From Patescibacteria group bacterium (GTDB lineage Bacteria; Patescibacteriota; Patescibacteriia; UBA9570; JAHJKD01), in assembly GCA_041660885.1 (NCBI GenBank), contig JBAZVM010000002.1, forward strand, positions 81,538 through 145,537: DNA of 64,000 nucleotides. Direction: 5' to 3'. Made by a program: the position numbers and the translations under genes. Shown here in pieces: positions 8,985 through 18,574 of this stretch (the first letter of the stretch is position 1; every line of letters starts with the position of its first letter). Under the pieces are notes generated by a model. The model was not told where the DNA came from, searched no databases, and saw only the letters and a list, made by a program, of their open reading frames with translations.

Positions 8985-11140
8985 TCATCGTTGAGTCCCC
9001 AACCAAAGCCAGAACCATTACCAAATTCTTAGGCAAGGATTATCAAATTGAATCTTCTTTCGGCCATGTGCGCGATCTTCCCAAAAGTAAAATGGGCATT
9101 GATATTGAACATAATTTCGAGCCGAAATATATAGTTCCTCTTAAAGCGAAAAAAACTGTTACCAATTTAAAAAAGCTAGCCAAGAAAGCCGGCACGGTCT
9201 ACTTCGCGACTGACGAGGACCGAGAAGGTGAAGCCATTTCTTGGCATTTGGCTCAGATACTTGATGTCCCCGCGGAAAAAGCCAAGCGTATCGCTTTCCA
9301 TGAAATCACCAAAGAAGCCATTCTTAAGGCTTTGGAAAATCCCCGAGAGCTTGATATAAGCTTAGTAGATGCCCAGCAAGCCAGAAGAATATTAGACAGA
9401 TTGGTCGGCTACGAGTTATCGCCTTTTCTATGGAAAAAAATCTATAAGGGTTTATCCGCCGGACGCGTGCAATCCGTGGCCGTGCGCTTGATAGTGGAAC
9501 GCGAAAGAGAACGCCTGGCTTTTAAGCCGGAAGAATTCTGGACCATAGAAGCCATTTTTGAAAAAGACAATTCCGATATAAAAGCTTCCCTGTTTAAAAT
9601 AGACGATAAAAAAATCGCCAAGCTGGGAATCAAGAATAAAGAAGAAGCGGATAAAATTTTAAATGATTTGCAAAACGGCAAATATAAAATCACCGCCATA
9701 GAAAGCAAAGATAAAAAAAGAAATCCTTTACCCCCTTTTACCACCTCCACTTTGCAGCAAGCGGCCAATAATCATTTGGGGTTCTCGGCCAAACAAACCA
9801 TGATGTTCGCGCAAAAACTATACGAAACTGGATACATCACTTATATGAGAACCGATTCTCTTAATTTGGCGGATAAATTTTTAAACGAAGCCGGTGCTTA
9901 TATTAACAGCCAATTCGGTAAAGAATACGCCTCGCGTCGCGTTTTCAAAAGCAAACAAAAAGGCGCGCAAGAAGCCCACGAAGCCATCCGCCCGACAGAA
10001 GCCAATCAAAATCCGGATGACCTTAAAACTAAATTAGAAGACAAACAATTTCGCTTATACGATTTAATCTGGCGCCGCTCCATGGCCTGCCAAATGGCTG
10101 AAGCCATTTTAGGGCAAACCAGCGTGGATATACAAAATGAAGATAACAAATACACTTTCCGAGCTAACGGTTCGCAAGTAAAATTTTTAGGCTGGTTAAA
10201 AGTATGGCCGGATAAAGCCACGGAAAACATTCTGCCGGATTTAAAAGAACAGGAAGAACTGAAAGCCAAAGAAATAAAACCCAACCAACACTTTACTGAA
10301 CCCCCTCCCCGCTTTACAGAGGCCTCCTTGGTAAAAGCATTAGAGGAAAAAGGAATCGGCCGGCCTTCCACTTACGCTCCGACCATTTCCACTATTGTTG
10401 ATAGAAAATATATTATCAAAGAAGAAAAAAGATTAGCCCCGACGGAAATCGGCATGATGGTGAACGATCTGCTTGTAAAACACTTTCCAAAAATCGTGGA
10501 TTTTGAATTCACGGCTAAAATGGAAAAGGATCTAGACGCCGTGGCTGAAGGCCAGCAAAAATGGCAGCCTTTGATTTCTGACTTTTACCAACCTTTTAAA
10601 CAAAACCTTATGCAAAAAGAACAAGAAGTGAATAAGCAAGACTTAATCAAAGAAACCACGGAAGAAAAATGCGAAAAATGTGGCAGCCCCATGATCGTAA
10701 AAATGGGCCGCTATGGAAAATTCTTAGCCTGTTCCGGATACCCCAAATGCCACAACATTAAATCCATGGGCGCCAATGGCGAAGCCGCCAAACCGCAAGT
10801 GCTGGATGAAAAATGCCCGGATTGCGGATCTCCCCTCACTATCAAACGCGGACGCTTCGGCCAATTTACCGGCTGTTCCAACTACCCCAATTGCAAATAC
10901 ATTAAAAAAGAAAAACGCGGCACCGGGGTAAAATGCCCATCATGCAATAAAGGCGAGATTGTAGCGAAGAGATCACGCAGAGGAAAAACCTTCTACGCGT
11001 GTGATCAATACCCGGAATGTAAGAACGCCTACTGGAGCAAGCCTACCGGAGAAAAATGCCCGGATTGCGGAAAACTGCTAGTAGCCGGAGCCAAAGAAAC
11101 CATTCAATGCTCTAATAAAGAATGCGGATATAAAAAATAA
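8969..11140 (+). CDS. topA: DNA topoisomerase I with C-terminal zinc-ribbon repeats
   Basis: 723 aa. TOPRIM N-terminus MAKNLVIVESPTKARTI...FATDEDREGEAISWH, a catalytic Tyr region, and four CxxC...CxxC zinc ribbons at the C-terminus. Confidence 0.95.
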   Translation: MAKNLVIVESPTKARTITKFLGKDYQIESSFGHVRDLPKSKMGIDIEHNFEPKYIVPLKAKKTVTNLKKLAKKAGTVYFATDEDREGEAISWHLAQILDVPAEKAKRIAFHEITKEAILKALENPRELDISLVDAQQARRILDRLVGYELSPFLWKKIYKGLSAGRVQSVAVRLIVERERERLAFKPEEFWTIEAIFEKDNSDIKASLFKIDDKKIAKLGIKNKEEADKILNDLQNGKYKITAIESKDKKRNPLPPFTTSTLQQAANNHLGFSAKQTMMFAQKLYETGYITYMRTDSLNLADKFLNEAGAYINSQFGKEYASRRVFKSKQKGAQEAHEAIRPTEANQNPDDLKTKLEDKQFRLYDLIWRRSMACQMAEAILGQTSVDIQNEDNKYTFRANGSQVKFLGWLKVWPDKATENILPDLKEQEELKAKEIKPNQHFTEPPPRFTEASLVKALEEKGIGRPSTYAPTISTIVDRKYIIKEEKRLAPTEIGMMVNDLLVKHFPKIVDFEFTAKMEKDLDAVAEGQQKWQPLISDFYQPFKQNLMQKEQEVNKQDLIKETTEEKCEKCGSPMIVKMGRYGKFLACSGYPKCHNIKSMGANGEAAKPQVLDEKCPDCGSPLTIKRGRFGQFTGCSNYPNCKYIKKEKRGTGVKCPSCNKGEIVAKRSRRGKTFYACDQYPECKNAYWSKPTGEKCPDCGKLLVAGAKETIQCSNKECGYKK

Positions 11141-11155
11141 TAACATCCATTATAG

Positions 11156-11182
11156 CCCCCGAATTAATTCGGGGGTTTTTAT
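11156..11182 (+). terminator. Rho-independent terminator after topA
   Basis: CCCCCGAATTAATTCGGGGG hairpin followed by TTTTT. Confidence 0.8.
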
Positions 11183-11218
11183 TGCATTATTCAACGAAAT
11201 ATAATAAAATCCCATTAT

Positions 11219-12694
11219 ATGAAATACGAGGAATTGGAAGAAAAAATAAAGATGCACAACCCCAATGCTGATATGGAAAAAATCAAGCGCGCGTTTGATT
11301 TCACGGAAGCCGCGCACCAAGGGCAATTGCGCAAATCCGGAGAACCTTATATCAACCACCCCATAGCCGTTGCTTATAAACTGGCCGATATGGATATGGA
11401 TTCCACCACTATCGTAGCCGGCTTATTGCATGATGTTCCGGAAGACACGAAAAAAACATTAAAGGATATCAAGAATGAATTCGGCGACGATGTCGCCTTG
11501 TTGGTAGACGGCATTACCAAATTAGGCCAGGTTAAATACCGCGGTATGGAAAAGTATATCGAGAATCTACGCAAAATGTTCGTAGCCATGGCCGCCGATA
11601 TACGCGTGATAGTTATAAAGTTTGCCGATCGTATTCATAATCTGGAAACGCTCTCTTTTTTACCGCCCAATAAACAGCAAAGAATCGCCTTGGAAAGTTT
11701 GGAAATATACGCGCCTATTGCCAATCGCCTTGGTATGGGAGAAATAAAAGGCGCTTTGGAAGATTTATCTTTTCCGTATCTTTACCCGAAAGAGTATGAT
11801 TGGATTCAAGAAAGAATTGCCGCGCGCCGCAAAGAAAAAGCCAAATCTCTGCAACTATTCATTAATGATTTGGAAGAACAACTAAAGAAGAATAACATTC
11901 CTTATTATTCCATCCATGGCCGCGCCAAACATTTATACAGCTTATACCATAAACTGCTTCTTCATAATAAAGACATTACAAAAATTTATGATCTGGTGGC
12001 CATTCGGATTATCGTTCCCACGATCGCCCACTGCTACGAGTGTCTCGGTATTCTGCACCAATATTGTAAGCCCTTGAAAGGCCGTATTAAAGATTATATC
12101 GCTCAGCCCAAGCCAAACGGCTACCAATCTTTGCATACTACCGTTTTTACCGGAACCGGAGATATTGTAGAAATCCAAATCAGAACCAAAGAAATGCATT
12201 ATGAAGCCGAATACGGTATAGCGGCTCATTGGAGTTATAAAGATAAAAAAATAGACATTAAAGATAAGATCCACTGGGTAAGCGAACTTTCAAAAACCAT
12301 GCGCGAACCCATGGAGGAAACCGAAGAAAAATTTCTGGAATCACTAAAACTTGATGTTTTCCAAAACCGCATCTATGTTTTTACCCCGAAAGGAGACGTA
12401 TTGGAACTGCCGGAAGACGCCACTCCGGTTGATTTTGCTTATCGCATTCATACCGACATCGGGCATTATTGCGCCGGCGCTAAAATCAACGATCAAATTT
12501 CCGCCTTGGAAACTAAATTAAAAAGCGGAGACGTGGTGGAAATATTCGTGGATAAAAAAAGAAGCGGCCCGGCCGAGGATTGGCTGATTTTCGTTAAAAC
12601 CAGCAACGCTAAAAAACATATTAAAACCTTTTTGCGTAAAACGGAAAAAAAGCAGCTCAAACGCTTGCTTGATTATAAGGGCCCGAAAAATTAA
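11219..12694 (+). CDS. rel: Short RelA/SpoT-homolog (HD hydrolase + synthetase + TGS; no ACT/zinc-finger C-terminal region)
   Basis: 491 aa. HD motif LLHDVPEDT, synthetase-domain core, TGS signature VFTPKGDVLELPEDATPVDFAYRIHTDIGHYCAGAKIND, and the protein ends soon after. Confidence 0.9.
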   Translation: MKYEELEEKIKMHNPNADMEKIKRAFDFTEAAHQGQLRKSGEPYINHPIAVAYKLADMDMDSTTIVAGLLHDVPEDTKKTLKDIKNEFGDDVALLVDGITKLGQVKYRGMEKYIENLRKMFVAMAADIRVIVIKFADRIHNLETLSFLPPNKQQRIALESLEIYAPIANRLGMGEIKGALEDLSFPYLYPKEYDWIQERIAARRKEKAKSLQLFINDLEEQLKKNNIPYYSIHGRAKHLYSLYHKLLLHNKDITKIYDLVAIRIIVPTIAHCYECLGILHQYCKPLKGRIKDYIAQPKPNGYQSLHTTVFTGTGDIVEIQIRTKEMHYEAEYGIAAHWSYKDKKIDIKDKIHWVSELSKTMREPMEETEEKFLESLKLDVFQNRIYVFTPKGDVLELPEDATPVDFAYRIHTDIGHYCAGAKINDQISALETKLKSGDVVEIFVDKKRSGPAEDWLIFVKTSNAKKHIKTFLRKTEKKQLKRLLDYKGPKN

Positions 12695-13551
12695 TCTTTA
12701 ATGCGAGAAATAATATTTTGCAGTTCTGAAGGCGAGTAATATTCAATGGCAATGGAACCCCCATCGCCTTTCTTTTTTATTTGCACTCTGGTTCCCAGCT
12801 TTTGCATTAATTCTTCTTGCCATGATAATAATTGAGGATCCTGCCAATTAATTTTCTTCTTTTTCTTTTTTAAAGAAGGGTCTTGGTTTAAAGCGTCTTC
12901 CAATTCACGCACGGATAAATTATTGCTCATGATTCTTTTATACAAAGACAGCTGCGCCCCTTCTTTTTCCAAGCTCAATAATATCTTGGCGTGTCCTTCG
13001 CTCAGTTTATTTTCCTTAAGCGCCTTTTGAATTTCTTCCGGCAATTTTAGCAAGCGCAAAGCATTGGCAAACGCCGGCCGGGAAATGCCCACTTTTTTGG
13101 CAGCCACTTCTTGCGTCAGTTGGAACTCATCCATTAATCTTTTATAGCCGTCTGCTTTTTCTATCGGGTTTAAATCCGCTCTCTGGATGTTTTCAATTAA
13201 AGCCAGCTCCAGTTTCTGCTGCTCCGTGGCTTCTTTGATAATGATGGGAACTTTTTTTAATCCGGCGATTTTCGCGGCTTTCAAACGGCGCTCCCCGGCG
13301 ATTAGTTCAAAACCATCGTCTGATCTGGTAACGAGCAAAGGTTGCAATATACCATGCTCTTTGATGGAGTTAATTAAATCCTCCAACTCCTGATGGTGGA
13401 ATTCTTGCCTGGGCTGAAAAGGATTGCTGCTTACAGAGCCAATATCCGCTTCGAGCGATTGCGTATCTGCTACCTTCACTTTATCATCTGTTGGTACAAT
13501 GGGGGTATGGTTTAAAGGTATCAATGAACCTAATCCTTTTCCTAATGCCAT
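12691..13551 (-). CDS. parB: Chromosome partitioning protein ParB (Spo0J)
   Basis: 286 aa. ParB box LIAGERRLKAAKIAGL, HTH region, C-terminal dimerisation domain. Confidence 0.9.
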   Translation of the reverse strand: MALGKGLGSLIPLNHTPIVPTDDKVKVADTQSLEADIGSVSSNPFQPRQEFHHQELEDLINSIKEHGILQPLLVTRSDDGFELIAGERRLKAAKIAGLKKVPIIIKEATEQQKLELALIENIQRADLNPIEKADGYKRLMDEFQLTQEVAAKKVGISRPAFANALRLLKLPEEIQKALKENKLSEGHAKILLSLEKEGAQLSLYKRIMSNNLSVRELEDALNQDPSLKKKKKKINWQDPQLLSWQEELMQKLGTRVQIKKKGDGGSIAIEYYSPSELQNIISRIKD

Positions 13552-13559
13552 AAATTTAT

Positions 13560-14327
13560 TTAATTTTTTTCTAAATATAAAATTTCTTGAGCCAGCTTGC
13601 GATAAGCTTTAGCTCCTTTGGAATGTTTGTCGTATTGCAAGATGGATTGCCCGTAAGAAGGCGCTTCAGCTAATTTTACGTTGCGCGGTATAACCGAGCG
13701 AAAAACATAATGCGGAAAATGCTGGTACAACTCGCGTAATATTTCATCGGATAGTTTATTGCGCTTATCAAACATGGTCATGACCGCTCCCAAAACTTTA
13801 ATATCCGGATTCAAATGCTGTTTCACCAGATTAATGGTATTTAATAATTGGCCTAAACCTTCTAAAGCGTAATACTCGCATTGCACGGGTATTAATATTT
13901 CCCTGCCGGCCACGATACTATTAACAGTCAGCAGCCCTAAAGAAGGCGGACAATCTACTATAACAAAATCGTAAGCGTCTTTTATTTTATCGATGTTCTT
14001 TAAAAGCAAATATTCGCGTTCGGGAACGGAAACAAGCTCCACCACAGCGCCGGCTAAATTTGTTGTGGCGGGAATTATATGCACATTTTCAATGGGGGTA
14101 GAGAAAACAACCTCATGAATGGGGTGTTTATTGATCAACGCTTCATAAATACCTTTTTCCAGCTTGGCCATGTCTATTCCCAATCCAGAAGTGGCATTGG
14201 CTTGCGGGTCGGTATCGATCAATAGAACTTTCTTACCTGCTTCGGCCAGAGAATGGCTCAAATTAATAGCGGTAGTGGTTTTTCCCACTCCGCCTTTTTG
14301 ATTAACAATGGTAATTATTCTGCCCAT
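13560..14327 (-). CDS. parA: ParA/Soj ATPase
   Basis: 255 aa. Deviant Walker A KGGVGKTTTAINL, and the DTDPQ motif. Confidence 0.9.
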   Translation of the reverse strand: MGRIITIVNQKGGVGKTTTAINLSHSLAEAGKKVLLIDTDPQANATSGLGIDMAKLEKGIYEALINKHPIHEVVFSTPIENVHIIPATTNLAGAVVELVSVPEREYLLLKNIDKIKDAYDFVIVDCPPSLGLLTVNSIVAGREILIPVQCEYYALEGLGQLLNTINLVKQHLNPDIKVLGAVMTMFDKRNKLSDEILRELYQHFPHYVFRSVIPRNVKLAEAPSYGQSILQYDKHSKGAKAYRKLAQEILYLEKN

Positions 14328-14357
14328 AATAGCTGATTATAACAACTTTTACCTGCG

Positions 14358-14386
14358 TTGACAATCAATAATTAATTGCCTATTAT
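14358..14386 (+). promoter_or_regulatory. Consensus sigma70 promoter for tRNA-Leu (-35 TTGACA, 17-nt spacer, -10 TATTAT)
   Basis: TTGACA at 14358-14363. TATTAT at 14381-14386. tRNA 5' end about 17 nt downstream. Confidence 0.7.
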
Positions 14387-14403
14387 AGGGTAAGACAATT
14401 TAT

Positions 14404-14490
14404 GCCGGGGTGGCGGAATTGGTAGACGCACACGACTCAAAATCGTGCGGGCTTCGGTCCATGAGAGTTCGATTCTCTCCCTCGGCACCA
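14404..14490 (+). tRNA. tRNA-Leu (anticodon CAA), class II with long variable arm, CCA encoded
   Basis: GCCGGGG acceptor stem pairs with CCTCGGC, then ACCA. The anticodon stem-loop is CACGA-CT-CAA-AA-TCGTG. T-arm GGTTCGATTC-like (GAGTTCGATTCTCTC). Confidence 0.9.
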
Positions 14491-14512
14491 AAATATGCTA
14501 TAATACTTTATA

Positions 14513-15015
14513 TGGCACAGGAGGTCGTCCAACAACAAAATCCACAAAGCAACGAGCCGGAATATTGCTATTGCCCACCTATTATCGATAGCGAATGGGA
14601 TGAAAGAGAGATCGATTGGACAGGCAAACAATTTTTTCGCGCCACTTATCGCGCCTGGCTTTATTCTCCGCGGGAAGATTTAAGCGTTAAAATAATCAAC
14701 GCATATAAAGAAATCGCCAAGCGCGGGTATGGCTTTATTCCTAACGGATTGCACTTGTACCGCGGCGGCATGTTCCGCGGAGAAATTCTCATAGAAATAA
14801 AAAACGGGCACATGGATGACCCGGAAGTAAAAACCTTTATGGGTTATGTTTATTCTAAGATATATATCGGCCCCTTGGCGGATTTGCCTAAGGTTTCTAA
14901 AACTTTCAATTTCAAAGCGTTAAATATTTACACCATTCATTTTTCTTGCCCGGTCTGCACGCCAGATCCCAACTTACAAAAAACCGTGCTTATTGGAGAA
15001 AAAAGATTCTATTAA
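14513..15015 (+). CDS. Hypothetical protein (about 167 aa, Cys-containing, no recognised domain)
   Basis: Track ORF 14410..15015 begins inside the tRNA. I trimmed it to the first ATG after the tRNA (MAQEVVQQQNPQSNEPEYCYCPP...). Confidence 0.5.
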
Positions 15016-15230
15016 GAAAGATAGCCTAATTTTTTCAGGCGTTCTTTTACGTTTTCAATATCTTTTGAAGATAACTTTTGGTCTTCTTTGGCCTTGGTGG
15101 CATAGGCAATATCCCGCAGACAATAGACGATAAAATCGGTTACGGAATTAAACCCGGAATTTTTTGTGACTTCGGCAAGATTGTCGTATAGCTTTCTGGG
15201 AATTTTTATAGTAACTTTTGCTTCTTTCAT
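15012..15230 (-). CDS. Small ribbon-helix-helix (CopG/Arc/MetJ-like) putative DNA-binding protein
   Basis: 72 aa. N-terminal MKEAKVTIKIPRKLYDNLAEV resembles an RHH beta-strand/helix. It lies 2 nt downstream of the Trx-CcdA gene on the same strand. Confidence 0.45.
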   Translation of the reverse strand: MKEAKVTIKIPRKLYDNLAEVTKNSGFNSVTDFIVYCLRDIAYATKAKEDQKLSSKDIENVKERLKKLGYLS

Positions 15231-15231
15231 A

Positions 15232-16434
15232 TTAACTGAACATTAACCATTCCGGTTTTAATATCAATAGAATGCCAATAATAAATATCAATATTCCTCC
15301 GATCAAACTGGAATACCTGGTGTATTTTCCGCTTAATCCGGTAATTTTTAAAGTAGTCATAGCCAGAACAAAGATAAGCATATCATCCAGCATAAAGAAA
15401 AACAAATAAAGGAGGATATAACCGTAATACTGCCAAACTGGCAAATGCGCTAAAGACAATATTTGCGTGAATATGGCGGGAAAGCCCAAGGAGCAAGCCA
15501 GCTCAACCAAATTTACGGTAAAGGCCAGCAAGATAATGCCGATCAAAGCTAAAATAAGATTCGGATTTTTCACAATATCTTTTAATCTCTGAAATACTTT
15601 CTTGCGCGAATCCGTGTTCACCACTTTGCATTCCCCTTCGCGGTTCTTCCAATACTCGCGCAAGAATAATCCTCCGGAGATTATACCAAAACAACCTATA
15701 GCCATTCTGATCCATTGCACGTATCCTAGAAACATTAAAAAATTAAGCCATGCGGCCATGAATAAAAAATAAACAGCGGCTGAAGCGAATATAAAAGTTC
15801 CGCCCAACAGCCACATTCTGGAGCGAGACTTCATTCCCAACAACAGGGTAATTAAAAAAATTAAAACCCACATGGCACAGGGATTAAATCCGTCCAATAT
15901 TCCTATAATTACGGCTAATGCGGGCAAAGAATAATCTTTTAAATCTCTTGATCCGATAAAAGGCAAATTGACAACAGTGGAAATAGTTTTTGTATCATCG
16001 CAATTTTCGTTTGGATTTAAGGTGGTATTGCCCTGAATAATGGTATCTCCGGGGCAAGTGCAGCCATTAGCTAAACAATAATCAATTTGTAATTTAATCT
16101 GCTGGCCGATATTATTCTCATTATCAAAACCGATTATGCCTTTTTGGCCGATAAAGGTGGCGGGCACGCCGGAAACTGAAATGCTATGCGCTTTACCGAA
16201 TTTTTTAAGCAATTCCACGTTATCTTTGTTATACCAAGTTTCGTAGCGGTAGATATTTATTTTATCTCCGTATTCCGTTTTCAGTTTGTCTAAATACAAC
16301 TCTTCAGCCGCGCAATGCGGGCATCCTTGGCCGTAGAAAAAATATACATTAAGAGGTTTTTGCGCTTCTTGGGCAAAAGAATAAACCGGAATTAAAAAGA
16401 GGAGGGAAAAAAATATTAGAAATACTTTTCTCAT
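15232..16434 (-). CDS. Thioredoxin-like domain fused to a CcdA/DsbD-type transmembrane thiol-disulfide transporter
   Basis: 400 aa. Signal peptide, CPHC thioredoxin motif, then a polytopic membrane domain with DGFNPCA, the conserved Cys of DsbD/CcdA. Confidence 0.8.
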   Translation of the reverse strand: MRKVFLIFFSLLFLIPVYSFAQEAQKPLNVYFFYGQGCPHCAAEELYLDKLKTEYGDKINIYRYETWYNKDNVELLKKFGKAHSISVSGVPATFIGQKGIIGFDNENNIGQQIKLQIDYCLANGCTCPGDTIIQGNTTLNPNENCDDTKTISTVVNLPFIGSRDLKDYSLPALAVIIGILDGFNPCAMWVLIFLITLLLGMKSRSRMWLLGGTFIFASAAVYFLFMAAWLNFLMFLGYVQWIRMAIGCFGIISGGLFLREYWKNREGECKVVNTDSRKKVFQRLKDIVKNPNLILALIGIILLAFTVNLVELACSLGFPAIFTQILSLAHLPVWQYYGYILLYLFFFMLDDMLIFVLAMTTLKITGLSGKYTRYSSLIGGILIFIIGILLILKPEWLMFS

Positions 16435-16462
16435 TGAATATGGCGCAAAAATTATAAATCTA

Positions 16463-17551
16463 TTAGCTGCCGCAACTGGCGTCAGAACCGGTACCGGTAT
16501 CGGAAGATTCGCTTAATTTCGTGGAGCATTCTTCCGGTGCAGTATTAAAGCCGGAACAAACCGCTGTTTTATATGCTTCCGAGGTGCGGGAAGCGCTAAT
16601 AGCCGTATCGTTGATAACCAAAGAAGGAGAACCGGTTACTGCATATTTCTCGTTCAACGCCACTTCATTGGCCAGCAAAGTCAGGGCTTCGTCTTTTTGA
16701 CAAGTGGAGATCTTGGCGGTATCAAGGCCAGCGGATTTTGCTTGTTCTTCCCAGCAAGTGTCAACATCTTTTGAAGTGCAGTTGGCATTGGCTTTTTCCA
16801 CGAAAGCCCAATATTTATCCGGTTGGTATTTGAAGGCGCAAAGCTCGCGCACATCTTGATTCAATTCTTGGATGCCATGCATGGAGCAATATTTGTTTTC
16901 AGAATCTAAACAATATTCGCTGCCTTCGTAACCGAAATCGGAATTGTATATAACATAATGCGGTTCAATGATGGCTTTATCTTTTAACAAATCAACAACG
17001 GGCTTCATGGCTGATTCGGCTAAATTGCCATAAGGGCAATAGCTCATGGTAAACAACAAAGCCGTAGCTTTTTCCGCTTTTGGGGCTTCCGTGCTTTGGT
17101 TAGTGCTGCTGGCGTTGGTATTGGTATTAGTACTGGCTGTTTCATCCATTTCATAAGCTTCGGGGAAAAATAATGTGCCGTCTTTGCTCATGTATGAATT
17201 AACGTCTTGGCCGGAAAATGTAACGGTCATGGAATATACGCCTTTATCGTCTTTTACATTGCTTACCGTGGCTTCCACTTGATTCTGCAATAGGTCATCA
17301 TTGATATATTTGGTTACTTTATCTATAGCGGCTTGCTTGCCCATAGTTTGGTACTTGCCCATGCTCAAAGTATATCCGCCAAGGCTGATAGAGCCCTTTA
17401 CCGCTAATAAAACTCCTAAAACAATCATAATTAACGCTAATAAACCGGCCACAACCCAAGCAATGGAAATGACGGATTCTTTCTTTTCTTTTAAGCCTTT
17501 AATTGGTTCATCTTTTTTAACTTCCTTTAATTCTTCCTTTTTTTCTTCCAT
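16463..17551 (-). CDS. Membrane-anchored DsbA-like (thioredoxin-fold) thiol-disulfide oxidoreductase
   Basis: 362 aa. N-terminal TM anchor, FTMSYCPYG CxxC active site, Ser/Thr-rich linker. Confidence 0.7.
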   Translation of the reverse strand: MEEKKEELKEVKKDEPIKGLKEKKESVISIAWVVAGLLALIMIVLGVLLAVKGSISLGGYTLSMGKYQTMGKQAAIDKVTKYINDDLLQNQVEATVSNVKDDKGVYSMTVTFSGQDVNSYMSKDGTLFFPEAYEMDETASTNTNTNASSTNQSTEAPKAEKATALLFTMSYCPYGNLAESAMKPVVDLLKDKAIIEPHYVIYNSDFGYEGSEYCLDSENKYCSMHGIQELNQDVRELCAFKYQPDKYWAFVEKANANCTSKDVDTCWEEQAKSAGLDTAKISTCQKDEALTLLANEVALNEKYAVTGSPSLVINDTAISASRTSEAYKTAVCSGFNTAPEECSTKLSESSDTGTGSDASCGS

Positions 17552-17615
17552 ATGTGTTTTAATATATTATTAATAAATAGCACGCTATTTAAAATAGCAA
17601 AAAATGCTTTTTCAG

Positions 17616-18128
17616 TCAATCCTTTCTTATCCTGTATAAAAACACTTTAGACCCTCCCTCTTCCTGAGAAACGCTAGCTGGCTGCCATCCTGGTATGGGC
17701 CATATATATGCAATTACTTTAGCATTTTTTTTCATTGTCTGCATTAATTTATCTTTTATTTGTATATTTATTTTAGGCATGAGAAATAGATATACTATAT
17801 CTGCTTTTGACAAATCGGCGCTATTATAATTTTTAAAATAAATATGGGCATTTTTTAAACGGAAAGTCCTTAACTTGGCTATTAAATATGGCAAGATGGA
17901 AATTTCATAGCCGAAACATTTAGCTCCGGCTTTTGCCGCGGCCGCGACGACACGGCCGTCTCCGCAACCTAAATCATAGAAATTATCTTCTGCTTTTATC
18001 TGAGCAATTTTGATAATCCGAGTAATATCTTTTTTATAAGTCGGCACCCAGGGCGCTCCTTTAAAACCGGCATAAGCCGCGGATAATATAACAAGAAATA
18101 ATAGTATTAGAAGAAAAGTGAACCACAT
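17616..18128 (-). CDS. Class I SAM-dependent methyltransferase with N-terminal TM helix
   Basis: 170 aa. Motif I YDLGCGDGRVV. Confidence 0.7.
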   Translation of the reverse strand: MWFTFLLILLFLVILSAAYAGFKGAPWVPTYKKDITRIIKIAQIKAEDNFYDLGCGDGRVVAAAAKAGAKCFGYEISILPYLIAKLRTFRLKNAHIYFKNYNSADLSKADIVYLFLMPKINIQIKDKLMQTMKKNAKVIAYIWPIPGWQPASVSQEEGGSKVFLYRIRKD

Positions 18129-18142
18129 GTGAAATTTATTTA

Positions 18143-18176
18143 ATAAAAATACCCCGCAGATGCGGGGTATTTTAAA
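18143..18176 (-). terminator. Bidirectional rho-independent terminator downstream of hup
   Basis: ACCCCGCAGATGCGGGGT hairpin flanked by A/T runs on both sides. Confidence 0.75.
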
Positions 18177-18186
18177 AACACATTAT

Positions 18187-18468
18187 TTACATTACAGCTT
18201 CTTTCGCGGCTTTGGCTACGCGGAATTTGCAAACAGTTTTCGCGGGGATCTGGATGGTTTCACCGGTGGCAGGGTTGCGGCCTTGTCTGGCTGGGCGATT
18301 CTTTTTCACCATTTTACCCAAACCTGGCAAAGTGATTTCACCGTTGTTTTTCACTTCTTTGTAAGCGGTTTCCACTAAAAGATCAAAGAAAGCAGCCACT
18401 TCTTTGCGGCTCTTGCCCGATTTTTCGGCTAAATAGCCGTACAATTGGGACTTAGTCATTTTAGCCAT
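18187..18468 (-). CDS. hup: HU-family DNA-binding protein
   Basis: 93 aa. MAKMTKSQL...GFGKF-like arm RPARQGRNPATGETIQIPAKTV. Confidence 0.9.
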   Translation of the reverse strand: MAKMTKSQLYGYLAEKSGKSRKEVAAFFDLLVETAYKEVKNNGEITLPGLGKMVKKNRPARQGRNPATGETIQIPAKTVCKFRVAKAAKEAVM

Positions 18469-18574
18469 AATTTTTTCTTAATTGCTTAATTGTTAGTTAG
18501 TTCTTTTTCCTTAGATATCTTACACAAAAAGCTTAAAAAAGCCAATAGACTCGGGGGAAAAGTGGTGGATTTTA

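Noticed and set aside
11150-11359. 69-aa minus-strand ORF spanning the topA terminator and the rel start
   Set aside because: It overlaps a clear rho-independent terminator and the 5' end of rel. No support.
14410-14512. N-terminal extension of ORF 14410..15015, and the antisense ORF 14437..14631
   Set aside because: Both run through the tRNA-Leu gene. The CDS was trimmed to the first ATG downstream of the tRNA.
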